DNA of 64,000 bases from Bacteroidales bacterium (lineage in GTDB: Bacteria; Bacteroidota; Bacteroidia; Bacteroidales; UBA932), in NCBI GenBank assembly GCA_017428325.1, contig JAFRRA010000005.1, positions 126,007 to 190,006 on the forward strand, given 5' to 3'. The position numbers and the translations under genes were made by a program. The notes beneath the pieces are model-generated. The model was given only the letters and a program-made list of their open reading frames with translations. It did no database searches and was not told the origin of the DNA. Positions 17,633 through 26,781 of this stretch are shown here, piece after piece (position 1 is the first letter of the stretch; every line of letters starts with the position of its first letter).

Positions 17633-19231
17633 TTATCGGAGAAGAACAAGATGGTCTCCTTCGTAAAGTACTGTGTTGCCGTTAGGTATGATGTTCTCGT
17701 CTCCTCTGCGGATGAGGATGATAATGCCGCTTCCCGGAACTTCCTTGATCTTCTTGCCGATTCTTCTGCTGGTAGGCTTGACAGTCTTTTCCAGGAAGAT
17801 TGCGTCTGAGCCCTCAAAGGCCTTGGTCACGAGTATTGCCTTGTCGCCTGGCAGGAGGGTTGTGTCTCCCCTTGCGATAATCTGTTCCTTTCCTCTTATG
17901 ATAAGGGCAATCAGCACGTTCTTGGGGAAGTTTATCTCGTGTACCTGCTTGTTGGCCATACTGCTTTCCGGAGTAACTTCAACCCAGCTGAAATGGAGGG
18001 TGTTGTCCTCTGTATAATCGTTGAAGGACTTGAGGACATTGCTGTGCTTGTCTATCATATCCAGTTTCTTGGCTGCCCAAGGAATCAGGGACCCCTGAAG
18101 GCCTATCGAAATTACAACCAGGAAGAAGACGATGTTGAACAGATCCTGCTGCATAGGCTCGTCTCCATTTATGCACATAATGGCAAACACGATTGCAGAA
18201 GCTCCCCTGAGCCCTACGAACGATATGAAAGCCATCTGTTTGAAGTTGTATTTCCGGAACGGAGTCAGCACTCCGAAAACTGCAGCCGGTCTGGCCAGTA
18301 GCAGCAGGAACAGGAATATGAGTATTGCCGGAATGATATCATTAGGCATCTTTGACAGATCAACGAGCAGACCTATAAGGAAGAAGGTCATCACCTGCAT
18401 CAGCTCGGTTATTCCGTCGAAGAAATTCACGATGGTTTTCTTGTCCTTGAAATCCTGATTTCCCACAATCATTCCGACCAGATAAACGCTCAGGTATCCG
18501 TTACCACCCAGAATGTCTGGTATGGAGTAGCTGGCAACGGCAAGGGCCAGGATGAAGAGCGATATGTAGCCGCTGCCTTTGATATCGACCTTCCGCAGGG
18601 TAAGGCATGCGATTTGTGCCAGAATCAGACCGCAAACAGTTCCAATGCCTATCTGCATAAGCAGCATCAAGGCCAGTTTTCCTCCCGATGCAGTACCATT
18701 GGCTATTGAAAGCATGGCTATGGTAAGCATATATGCCATAGGGTCGTTGCTTCCGCTTTCCACCTGAAGCATCGGAGATGTGTTGTTCTTAAGACCAAGC
18801 TTCTTCGTTCTGAGTATGGAGAAAACAGACGCAGCGTCAGTAGAACTTACTATCGCTCCCATAACCAGGCTTCCGATAAGTTCCCAGCCCAACACAAAGT
18901 AGCACAAAAGACTTGTTACGGCGGCAGTTATGATAACTCCCACGGAAGCCAGAAGACCCGCCTCCGTAACTATATGCCTGACAGCACTCCAGCGGGTTCC
19001 GAAGCCGCCGTAGAACATTATGAATATCAGTGCGCAGGTACAGAAATTATGGGCAAACTTGAAGTCTTCTATCTTGACTGGAATCACATCGGTGACACCG
19101 AAGATTGCGCCGAGCAGCAGAAAGGCCAGGAGGGCGGGAATCCCCAGACGGGTGGAAATATTGTTAAGCCCGATGCTTATGAACAATACCAGTGCACCAA
19201 TGAGCAGAATGAGAGTTATCATATTTGACAA
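17633..19231 (-). CDS. Potassium/proton antiporter (CPA1, NhaP2/CvrA-like) with C-terminal TrkA-C domain
   Basis: The 532-aa ORF has about 12 TM helices. The C-terminal soluble domain contains ALIIRGKEQIIARGDTTLLPGDKAILV, an RCK-C-like segment. Confidence 0.85.
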   Translation of the reverse strand: MSNMITLILLIGALVLFISIGLNNISTRLGIPALLAFLLLGAIFGVTDVIPVKIEDFKFAHNFCTCALIFIMFYGGFGTRWSAVRHIVTEAGLLASVGVIITAAVTSLLCYFVLGWELIGSLVMGAIVSSTDAASVFSILRTKKLGLKNNTSPMLQVESGSNDPMAYMLTIAMLSIANGTASGGKLALMLLMQIGIGTVCGLILAQIACLTLRKVDIKGSGYISLFILALAVASYSIPDILGGNGYLSVYLVGMIVGNQDFKDKKTIVNFFDGITELMQVMTFFLIGLLVDLSKMPNDIIPAILIFLFLLLLARPAAVFGVLTPFRKYNFKQMAFISFVGLRGASAIVFAIMCINGDEPMQQDLFNIVFFLVVISIGLQGSLIPWAAKKLDMIDKHSNVLKSFNDYTEDNTLHFSWVEVTPESSMANKQVHEINFPKNVLIALIIRGKEQIIARGDTTLLPGDKAILVTKAFEGSDAIFLEKTVKPTSRRIGKKIKEVPGSGIIILIRRGDENIIPNGNTVLYEGDHLVLLR

Positions 19232-19249
19232 AAATACGAAAATTGTCTC

Positions 19250-20425
19250 TTAGCAGCACATGCTGTAGATTTTTTCCACATCCTGCTGCTGAAGCGGTTT
19301 GAAGCCCGGAAGCGTTCCGCCGTTTACTGCTTTGCAGGCCATCTCGGCGAAATGGGTCTTGTCTATCCCAAGTTCGGACAGTGTACTCTTCAGCCCCAGT
19401 GTCTTGAACAGGAAATAGCTCAGTTCCTCGATGGCCTTGTGAGCAATGAGCATAGGGTTCAGCGATGGATCTATTCCGAAGACATTGATGCCGAACTGGG
19501 CAAACTTGGAGGCGGTGGAAGTATCAAGGCAATACTCCATCCATCGCGGAGTAAGGATGGCAAGGCCGAGACCGTGTGTGATGTCATAATATGCAGAGAG
19601 CTGGTGCTCCATAGGATGGCAGCTCCAGGCCAGGCGCTTTCCTCCGTCAATGAAGCCGTTTATTGCCCAGGATGAGCTCCACATAAGGTTTGCCCTTGCC
19701 TCGTAGTTTTCAGGCTCTTTCATCGCGATAGGGGCATACTTTATTACGGTCTTCATCAGGCCTTCCATAAAGCAGTCCAGCATATAGAGATCCTGGTCCA
19801 TATTGAAGTAAACCTCAAAGATATGGGAGAGCATATCGGCTGCGCCGCAGGCTGTCTGGTAAGGGCTTACGGTAAACGTATTTGTAGGGTCCAGGAAAGA
19901 AGCCTTAGGCAGCATAGGAGGGCACATGCATCCTATCTTGTCGTTGGTTTCAGGATTGCTGATCACCCCTCCGCAGTCCATCTCGCTTCCGGTTGCGGAC
20001 AAGGTCAGAATGCTGACAATAGGCAGAGCCTTTTCAACAGGCACTCTCTTTTTCATGTCGAAGAAATCCCACGGGTCAAAGTCCACTAGCGCTCCCGCTG
20101 CCATAAACTTTGTGGCGTCTATCGTTGAGCCGCCACCAACTGCCAGCAGCACGTCTATGTTGAGGTCTTTACACATCTGCGCTCCCTGCCTTACGGAACT
20201 GATTCTTGGATTAGGCTCTATGCCAGAAAGTTCGAATAGTTCCAGCCCTGCGTCCTTTATCTCCTTGACCACCTTGTCGTAGAGTCCGATGCGCTTTATG
20301 GAGCCGCCTCCGTAAGTAAGAAGTACACGCTTGCCCCACTTCTTGAGTTCCGGACCAAGGTTCTGAAGCTGGTCCTTTCCAAAATATACCCTGACAGGTA
20401 TATCGTAAATGAAATCGTGGATCAT
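19250..20425 (-). CDS. Iron-containing alcohol dehydrogenase (butanol dehydrogenase/YqhD-like)
   Basis: The 391-aa ORF contains GGGSTIDATK. His-rich metal ligands are present (AADMLSHIFE, HPMEHQLSAYYDITHG). Confidence 0.9.
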   Translation of the reverse strand: MIHDFIYDIPVRVYFGKDQLQNLGPELKKWGKRVLLTYGGGSIKRIGLYDKVVKEIKDAGLELFELSGIEPNPRISSVRQGAQMCKDLNIDVLLAVGGGSTIDATKFMAAGALVDFDPWDFFDMKKRVPVEKALPIVSILTLSATGSEMDCGGVISNPETNDKIGCMCPPMLPKASFLDPTNTFTVSPYQTACGAADMLSHIFEVYFNMDQDLYMLDCFMEGLMKTVIKYAPIAMKEPENYEARANLMWSSSWAINGFIDGGKRLAWSCHPMEHQLSAYYDITHGLGLAILTPRWMEYCLDTSTASKFAQFGINVFGIDPSLNPMLIAHKAIEELSYFLFKTLGLKSTLSELGIDKTHFAEMACKAVNGGTLPGFKPLQQQDVEKIYSMCC

Positions 20426-20445
20426 TGCTTTGCTGTATTAAGTGG

Positions 20446-21018
20446 TTAAAGAGATAGCGAATCTATCCAGGCCTTTACATCCTGATCTGACGCTCTGTTG
20501 AGCACCTTTCCGGCCTTCCAGTTGATTTTAGGGTACTGTGTCTTGAACTGGGCGTTTGCCTTGTCAATAGTGCTGCCACCGGATGTCGCAAAGAACACAA
20601 CGGTCTTGCCTTCGAAGCCATATGTCTCTATGAACGTGTTGATTATGGTAGGGGCAGTGTACCACCATACCGGGAATCCGATGAATATCGTTCCGTACTG
20701 GCCAGGGTTTTCAAGATCCTTTACAAATGCCGGTCGGGAATTCTTGTCCGCCATTTCCACGCTGCTGCGGGAAGTCTTAACGGTCCAGTCCAGATCCTCG
20801 GATGTATACTTTACTTCCGGTTTGATTTCATAAAGGTCTCCTCCGGTTGCCTTTGCAACCTTCTCTGCCAGGGCCTTGGTTGTTCCTGTCGCGGAGAAAT
20901 AAGCTACGAGTGTCTTCATATTGTTTTCCTCCTGTGTTTTTTGTTCCGTCTTTTTGTTCTGGGCGCAGGCAGAAAGTGCCATCGCCATAATCGTGAAAGT
21001 GATCAGAAATCTTTTCAT
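20446..21018 (-). CDS. Flavodoxin-like protein with lipoprotein signal peptide
   Basis: The N-terminus MKRFLITFTIMAMALSAC is a lipobox. The flavodoxin start TLVAYFSATGTTK is the FMN phosphate-binding loop. Confidence 0.8.
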   Translation of the reverse strand: MKRFLITFTIMAMALSACAQNKKTEQKTQEENNMKTLVAYFSATGTTKALAEKVAKATGGDLYEIKPEVKYTSEDLDWTVKTSRSSVEMADKNSRPAFVKDLENPGQYGTIFIGFPVWWYTAPTIINTFIETYGFEGKTVVFFATSGGSTIDKANAQFKTQYPKINWKAGKVLNRASDQDVKAWIDSLSL

Positions 21019-21034
21019 AATAAGTCTGTTTCAA

Positions 21035-21042
21035 CAAATATA
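21035..21042 (-). promoter_or_regulatory. -7 box (TATATTTG) upstream of the long flavodoxin start
   Basis: The reverse complement of caaatata lies about 17 nt upstream of the ATG at 21018. Confidence 0.45.
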
Positions 21043-21099
21043 CTGAAAAGATTTGCCAAAAACTACTGGAGGAAACCGATAGTTTGGAGAACACCGGCT

Positions 21100-23091
21100 T
21101 TAGGAACGGAGGGTGCGCATCGCGTTCAGGACGGCAAGAACGGTTACTCCCACGTCTGCAAAGACAGCCATCCACATTGTTGCGATGCCAAGGGCGGCCA
21201 GGATCAGGACTGCGACCTTTACGGCTATGGCAAACCAGATGTTCTGCTTTGCGATTGATAATGTGCGCCTTGCGATGCGTATAGCGGTGGCGATCTTGGA
21301 TGGCTTGTCATCCATCAGCACTACATCTGCGGCCTCTATTGCGGCATCGCTGCCCAAAGCTCCCATCGCAATGCCGATGTCTGCCCTGGCTAGAACCGGA
21401 GCATCGTTTATTCCGTCTCCCACAAAGGCAAGCTTTCCTTTTCCTTCTTTTCCGGAAATGAGTTTTTCCACCTGATCGACCTTGTCTGCCGGGAGAAGCT
21501 CTGCATAGTATTGGGTAAGGGACAGTTTCTCAGCGATTTGCTTTGCCACCTCCCGGTGGTCTCCCGTGAGCATGACGCACTGGGATACACCTAAATCTTT
21601 AAGGCTGGAAATGGCAGATTTGCTGTCTTCCTTAATCTGGTCGTTGATGACTATATGGCCGGCATATTCTCCATTGACAGCTACGTGGATAATCGTTCCT
21701 GTGCAGTGGCACTGATGCCATTTTACGCCTATGCTGTCCATCAGTTTTGAGTTACCCACGCAAACAAGATCCTCTCCAACTTTAGCTTTTGCACCCTGTC
21801 CTGCAATCTCCTCTATGCCAGTCACCTGGCAGCCGTCAGTCGCTTCGGCTGGGAATGCATCCCTGAGAGCTCCTGCAATAGGATGTGTGGAGAAATGTTC
21901 CACGTGTGAAGCAAGGTGTATGAGCCTGTCCGAAACCGGATCATTTGAGTGGGATTGATGACACTCTCCGGTATGATGGTCATCCTTGCAGATATCAGGA
22001 TGTATTGCCTCAACGGCAAACTTTCCCTGAGTGAGAGTTCCGGTCTTGTCAAAGACAACCGTTTTCACATCGCTGAGGATATCCAGGCAATTGGCTCCCT
22101 TTATCAGTATTCCCTTCCTGGAGGCTCCGCCGATTCCTCCGAAGAAAGTCAGAGGAACGCTGATTACCAGTGCACAAGGGCAGGATACAACCAGAAACAT
22201 CAGGGCTCTGTAAAGCCAGGTAGGGAATGACTGGGAGAAGTTGCCGCAGATTAACGGCGGCAGGATAGCAAGAAGAATTGCCGCAAATACCACAATCGGG
22301 GTATAGACCTTGGCAAAGCGGGTGATGAATGCTTCGCTTCTGGACTTCTTGTCCTGGGCGTTTTCCACCAGGTCCAGGATCTTGGAAACCGTGCTTTCCT
22401 TGAAGGACTTTGTCGTGCGTATTTTCAGCACTCCGGAAAGATTGATGCAACCGGATATAACCTGGCCACCCACAGTTGCTTCCCTGGGCACGCTCTCGCC
22501 CGTTAGGGCCTTGGTGTCCAGGGAAGAACTCCCTTCCGAGACTATTCCGTCCAGCGGAATCTTCTCTCCGGCTTTAACAACTATGGTTTCTCCTATTGAA
22601 ACGTTTTCCGGGCTTGTTTCCACAAGCACTCCATTCCTTTCCACCAGAGCCCTGTCAGGACGTATGTCCATTAAGTGGGCGATACTTTTTCGGCTCTGTC
22701 CTTCAGCATATCCCTCAAACAGTTCCCCAATCTGGAAGAACAGCATAACTACAACTGCTTCAGGAAACTGTGCCTCCGCCCCCGGAAGAAAACCAATGCA
22801 CAAGGCGCCAATTGTGGCAACCGACATAAGAAAATGCTCGTTGAACGGTTCACCCTTCATAAGCCCCTCTGCCGCCTCCTTCAAGGTCTCCCATCCAACA
22901 AGAAGATATGGCACCAGATAAACCAGCAGAAGCTGCCAGGTCTTGAGGTTAAATTTCTTTTCAACGATTACCGCCGCAACAAGAAGAATCACTGTCGCGA
23001 TGATTATAATTATCTTATTTCCAAGCCCCTCGTGATGGTGCTCGTGATGATGCTCAAGGCAGCATTCTTTATCGTGATGGTGATGACTCAT
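21100..23091 (-). CDS. Heavy-metal translocating P1B-type ATPase (Zn/Cd-type CPC)
   Basis: The motifs are the TM motif SCPCALVISVP, the phosphorylation site DKTGTLT, HP in STHPIAGAL, and GDGINDAP. The N-terminus is His-rich (MSHHHHDKECCLEHHHEHHHEG). Confidence 0.9.
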   Translation of the reverse strand: MSHHHHDKECCLEHHHEHHHEGLGNKIIIIIATVILLVAAVIVEKKFNLKTWQLLLVYLVPYLLVGWETLKEAAEGLMKGEPFNEHFLMSVATIGALCIGFLPGAEAQFPEAVVVMLFFQIGELFEGYAEGQSRKSIAHLMDIRPDRALVERNGVLVETSPENVSIGETIVVKAGEKIPLDGIVSEGSSSLDTKALTGESVPREATVGGQVISGCINLSGVLKIRTTKSFKESTVSKILDLVENAQDKKSRSEAFITRFAKVYTPIVVFAAILLAILPPLICGNFSQSFPTWLYRALMFLVVSCPCALVISVPLTFFGGIGGASRKGILIKGANCLDILSDVKTVVFDKTGTLTQGKFAVEAIHPDICKDDHHTGECHQSHSNDPVSDRLIHLASHVEHFSTHPIAGALRDAFPAEATDGCQVTGIEEIAGQGAKAKVGEDLVCVGNSKLMDSIGVKWHQCHCTGTIIHVAVNGEYAGHIVINDQIKEDSKSAISSLKDLGVSQCVMLTGDHREVAKQIAEKLSLTQYYAELLPADKVDQVEKLISGKEGKGKLAFVGDGINDAPVLARADIGIAMGALGSDAAIEAADVVLMDDKPSKIATAIRIARRTLSIAKQNIWFAIAVKVAVLILAALGIATMWMAVFADVGVTVLAVLNAMRTLRS

Positions 23092-23160
23092 TTTCTTTAA
23101 AATTACACTGCAAAGTTAAGGCGTTCACCATCCACTCGCCAATACCCAGTAATCGGTATA

Positions 23161-23604
23161 TTACTTGAGAAGGGCCTCGCAGCCGATAAGCAGATCCTGG
23201 AATGTTGTTTCAAAGTCTCCGGTATACCAGGGATCTGCCACATTGCGGCAAATACCTGCAAAAGACATCATAAGGTGGATTTTATTCTGTGGATCTTCCG
23301 GAATTATCCTCTTGATTAGTCTAAGATTAGAGGTATCCATACATACGATAAGGTCAAACTTGCCGTAGTCTGAGCGTCTGATCTGCCGGGCTGTCTTTGA
23401 AGCATTAAACCAGACTCCGTGCTGTTTCAGACAGAATCTTGCAGGAGGATAAATAGGGTTTCCGATCTCTTCTGTGGAGACTGCTGCGGATTCTATATAA
23501 TACTGGTCTTCAAGGCCTCTAGCCTTTACTAAAGCCTTGAGAATGAACTCCGCCATAGGGGATCTGCAAATATTGCCGTGGCAGACAAAGAGTACCCTTA
23601 TCAT
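23161..23604 (-). CDS. Low-molecular-weight protein-tyrosine phosphatase
   Basis: The P-loop VCHGNICRSP (CX5R-S) and a downstream DP motif (VADPWY) are present. Confidence 0.85.
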   Translation of the reverse strand: MIRVLFVCHGNICRSPMAEFILKALVKARGLEDQYYIESAAVSTEEIGNPIYPPARFCLKQHGVWFNASKTARQIRRSDYGKFDLIVCMDTSNLRLIKRIIPEDPQNKIHLMMSFAGICRNVADPWYTGDFETTFQDLLIGCEALLK

Positions 23605-23606
23605 AA

Positions 23607-24548
23607 TTACATTGTTTCTATGCCGTCTTTGAAGGTAGGGTATTTCAGGTTAGGCAAGAGGTCAGTTTTCATTCTGGATGTGTCTCCGTAATAGCTTACG
23701 TGTCCGATCTTTACAAAGTCTCTGGTAAGAGGGGACTTTGAGCCGGTGAGGAGTGACCACTGTTCCATACACCATGCGGCGGTATAAACCATCCAGTCCG
23801 GCATACGCCAAGGCTTGCGGGTTCCCCAATAACGGCAGGCTTCATCAACAAATTCCTGCAAGGTCTGTTTCCCGTCATCTCCAATGTGATAAATGCCTTC
23901 AGCATTTGGATTTAGGACAGTCTGTTTGAGAGCGGAACAAAAGTCATCTTTGGAAATAAGGTGAATCCAGGTTGGCTTTTTCCATATTCCCATAATCCAA
24001 TGTCTGGAAAACCATTTACAGGCATCCATCATAATGATGTCTTTGCCGTATATCATTCCGCAACGTGCTATTATACAGCGGAATCTGTCTTGCTTTCGCA
24101 TAAGCAGGACTTCTTCTTCATGACGGGTCTGAGCATGGACGGATATGGGATTTCCGTCCAGCCTTCCTGTTGCGGGATGATCGGGAGTTGTTTCCCCCTC
24201 CGTATGAGGAAAACTTACGAGCACGATTCTTTTGACCTTGCATTCTTCTGCAGCGCTCAGCAAGTTCTTGAAATATTGAGTGTTTGTTATGGGAAGAAAT
24301 TTTTGGGGATTACCTTTGAACAACACCCCGGCAAAGTGTACCACAGCATCCACGTCCTGTAATGCCGGAACAATGGTTTCCGGCTTGGCTAAATCCACTT
24401 GAAGTGGCGTTACCTTGCTGTTGCTTAACAGGTTATGTCTAAGCGGCCTTTTATGGTAAAGCAGGTTTAGAGTTACATCTTCATCCAAAAAGGCTTCAGA
24501 TAGAAGACTACCCAGATTTCCAGCGGCTCCTGTAATTGCAATTTTCAT
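23607..24548 (-). CDS. NAD-dependent epimerase/dehydratase (extended SDR) family protein
   Basis: The N-terminal Rossmann motif is MKIAITGAAGNLGS. The ORF is 313 aa. Confidence 0.8.
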   Translation of the reverse strand: MKIAITGAAGNLGSLLSEAFLDEDVTLNLLYHKRPLRHNLLSNSKVTPLQVDLAKPETIVPALQDVDAVVHFAGVLFKGNPQKFLPITNTQYFKNLLSAAEECKVKRIVLVSFPHTEGETTPDHPATGRLDGNPISVHAQTRHEEEVLLMRKQDRFRCIIARCGMIYGKDIIMMDACKWFSRHWIMGIWKKPTWIHLISKDDFCSALKQTVLNPNAEGIYHIGDDGKQTLQEFVDEACRYWGTRKPWRMPDWMVYTAAWCMEQWSLLTGSKSPLTRDFVKIGHVSYYGDTSRMKTDLLPNLKYPTFKDGIETM

Positions 24549-24674
24549 GGCTCAGCGATGCTTTTCAGGTCGCAAAATAGGCATTTTTGAGGGCATACGC
24601 GTATTTTAATATAGGAGTCGAAAATTTTTTAGAAAAAAGTTGCAAAAATATTTGGTTTATAAAATAAACTGGTT

Positions 24675-24682
24675 TATATTTG
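24675..24682 (+). promoter_or_regulatory. -7 box (TATATTTG) with long leader before the membrane protein/wHTH pair
   Basis: This is an exact TAnnTTTG match about 125 nt upstream of the ATG at 24807. Confidence 0.4.
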
Positions 24683-24806
24683 CAGTGGATTTGGGACTCA
24701 GAGAGTGCGCAATCGCTGAGAAAAGAATCCAAAATGGCCATTGAAACTGGCTCGATTGAAGAGCCAAAAACAAACAAAAGTATTTAACATTTAAAAAAGT
24801 TTAACA

Positions 24807-25442
24807 ATGGAAACTATCGAGAAAAACCTTACAACCGAAAACTCTCTGAAGATTATCGCAGAGACAATGGAGCGCAGCAGAATGACAATAGCCAAAAATA
24901 CCGGCAAACCTCTTATCCTCTGGGGATGCATGGTGGCTGTAACTTCTGTAGTTATTTACTTTCTCTGGTCAAAGACCGGTAGCCCTGTCTGGAATCTTCT
25001 TTGGTTCGCGATGACTGCTATAAGTGTAGTTTGCAATATTGTTATGGACAAAAACAAGGAGAAGGCCCCAAGCAACGAGATCAGCAGAATCATAGGCAAG
25101 ACCTGGATGTGGTTCGGAATCTTTACAACTGGCCTCTATCTGATGATCTGGGTTGCATACTTTATACTTAGAGCTTGTAATCCGGAAGCCAGCATCCACG
25201 TAGACCTTACTCTTGTAATCTCGTTGATGATGGGACTTTGCGGAGTTATCTCCGGAGTTGTCATGAAGATGAAGTCCGTTGTTGCCTGCCTGGTTCTCGC
25301 TACTGCATTGTCTGTAGTCGTTGCCCTGGTAGTAAACGGTCCTGCACAGATATTGGTATTCGCAATCCTTGGAGTCTTGGGGCTTGTCATCCCTGGAATT
25401 ATCCTCCAGAATAAGGCCAAAAACAGCCAGATATCAGCTTAG
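24807..25442 (+). CDS. Membrane protein, hypothetical (about 5 TM)
   Basis: The 211-aa ORF has several hydrophobic helices. It sits immediately upstream of a small wHTH regulator. Confidence 0.6.
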   Translation: METIEKNLTTENSLKIIAETMERSRMTIAKNTGKPLILWGCMVAVTSVVIYFLWSKTGSPVWNLLWFAMTAISVVCNIVMDKNKEKAPSNEISRIIGKTWMWFGIFTTGLYLMIWVAYFILRACNPEASIHVDLTLVISLMMGLCGVISGVVMKMKSVVACLVLATALSVVVALVVNGPAQILVFAILGVLGLVIPGIILQNKAKNSQISA

Positions 25443-25490
25443 TTAACCATAACGTTAATTAGTGTCAACTTCATTAAAACACAAAGTGTT

Positions 25491-25802
25491 ATGGAAGAGA
25501 AACAGACAACGTTCAAGCCGCTGGATCCGCTGCTCCATTCGGAGCTAAGGCTTGCGGTGATGAGCATACTGATAGGTGTGGACGAGGCAGATTTCGTGTA
25601 CATCAAGTCCCAGACCGGAGCAACGGCAGGTAACTTGAGCGTACAGATAGACAAACTCTCTGCAGCGGGCTACATCGAGGTGGAGAAGACCTTCAAGGGC
25701 AAGAAAACCTGCACTCTCTGCCGGATTACCGACAAGGGCCGCAATGCTTTTGCCGAGTATGTAGAGACTCTCAAGCAATATCTCCAGATTCCAAAGGTCT
25801 GA
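25491..25802 (+). CDS. Winged-helix transcriptional regulator (HTH_34/ArsR-like)
   Basis: LDPLLHSELRLAVMSILIGVDEADFVYIKSQTGATAGNLSVQIDKLSAAGYIEVEKTFKGKKTCTLCRITDKGRNAF shows the typical small wHTH pattern. Confidence 0.75.
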   Translation: MEEKQTTFKPLDPLLHSELRLAVMSILIGVDEADFVYIKSQTGATAGNLSVQIDKLSAAGYIEVEKTFKGKKTCTLCRITDKGRNAFAEYVETLKQYLQIPKV

Positions 25803-25838
25803 GAAATCGCCAAGGTTGATTTTTAGGTATAGAAAGAA

Positions 25839-25871
25839 CTCCCGCTGCTACACTGGTTGTAACGGCGGGAG
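25839..25871. terminator. Weak bidirectional hairpin between convergent genes
   Basis: The stem CTCCCGCTG...CGGCGGGAG has a large loop. T-rich sequence follows on both strands. Confidence 0.3.
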
Positions 25872-25893
25872 CACTTTATTTATGGCGGATAAA

Positions 25894-26685
25894 CTACAGG
25901 TTGGTGAAGTTTATCTTATATATCTTGGAAGTGGTATCGTCGGATACCCAGATGCAGCTGTGGGTGTGGTCCACGTACAGTCCTTCTCCATTGTCTATGA
26001 AGGAAACGCTGTAGCTCTGAAGCAAATCACCATTCAAATTGCATAGATTGATTGTGCGGTTTTTGCTGTCCGCTATCCAAAGAACGTCCCGGACAGGATC
26101 GTAGCAAAGGTCGGCGATTTCGTTGAGAGGGCCGCTTGACAGGTCCCGGCGGCTGATTTCTCCTTTGTCCAGGGAATAAGCGATCAGAACCACAGGCTTT
26201 TTCTGGTTGCCGATCAGGAGGGTGCGGTCTTTATACCAGGTAATGCCCTCGAGTCCGTTGTTGGTGCCAAGTCCTACATCGCTGATTACACAGATCAATT
26301 CATCCTTCTTGTAGTCAGGAGCAACCAGACGGTGAACTTCCTGCTTGTTTTCAATGATATAATATACGTCTTTGGTTTGAGGGTCTATTGTTACACCCTC
26401 GCAATCGAAATGGCCTTTATAGAAGTCAGTGGTTGTGCCGTTCCAGGTAATGTGGTTTATGCCGTTTTCGTCTGAAGCTCCCAGAAAGCCGTCACCGTTA
26501 GGTGCAAGGCAAAGGCCTGAAATCTCCTCGCAGGTGGTATTGATTTCAGCATAAGTGCCCATAACCGGCTTATAATTTTCCGGAGTGTCCGGGGATTCCG
26601 GGCTAAGGTGCTTGTGGGAGCAAGAAGATACTGCAGCAAACAGGGCTGCGGCCAGTATCAACGGATAGTATCTGTTGTGTCTCAT
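25894..26685 (-). CDS. Lipoprotein, SdiA-regulated-domain-like beta-propeller
   Basis: The lipobox is AAVSSCS. Repeated segments resemble SdiA-regulated family proteins (EISGLCLAPNGD, CEGVTIDPQTKDVYYIIE, LEGITWYKD, ADLCYDPVRDVLWIADS). I set the start at the ATG at 26683-26685. Confidence 0.55.
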   Translation of the reverse strand: MRHNRYYPLILAAALFAAVSSCSHKHLSPESPDTPENYKPVMGTYAEINTTCEEISGLCLAPNGDGFLGASDENGINHITWNGTTTDFYKGHFDCEGVTIDPQTKDVYYIIENKQEVHRLVAPDYKKDELICVISDVGLGTNNGLEGITWYKDRTLLIGNQKKPVVLIAYSLDKGEISRRDLSSGPLNEIADLCYDPVRDVLWIADSKNRTINLCNLNGDLLQSYSVSFIDNGEGLYVDHTHSCIWVSDDTTSKIYKINFTNL

Positions 26686-26781
26686 TTTTGGTTTTCTTTC
26701 TGCAAATATACTCATAGATGCCGTGCAGACCATACGGATTCCCGCTTGATTACGGAAGAAATTGTAAATTTGTAGGGAATT

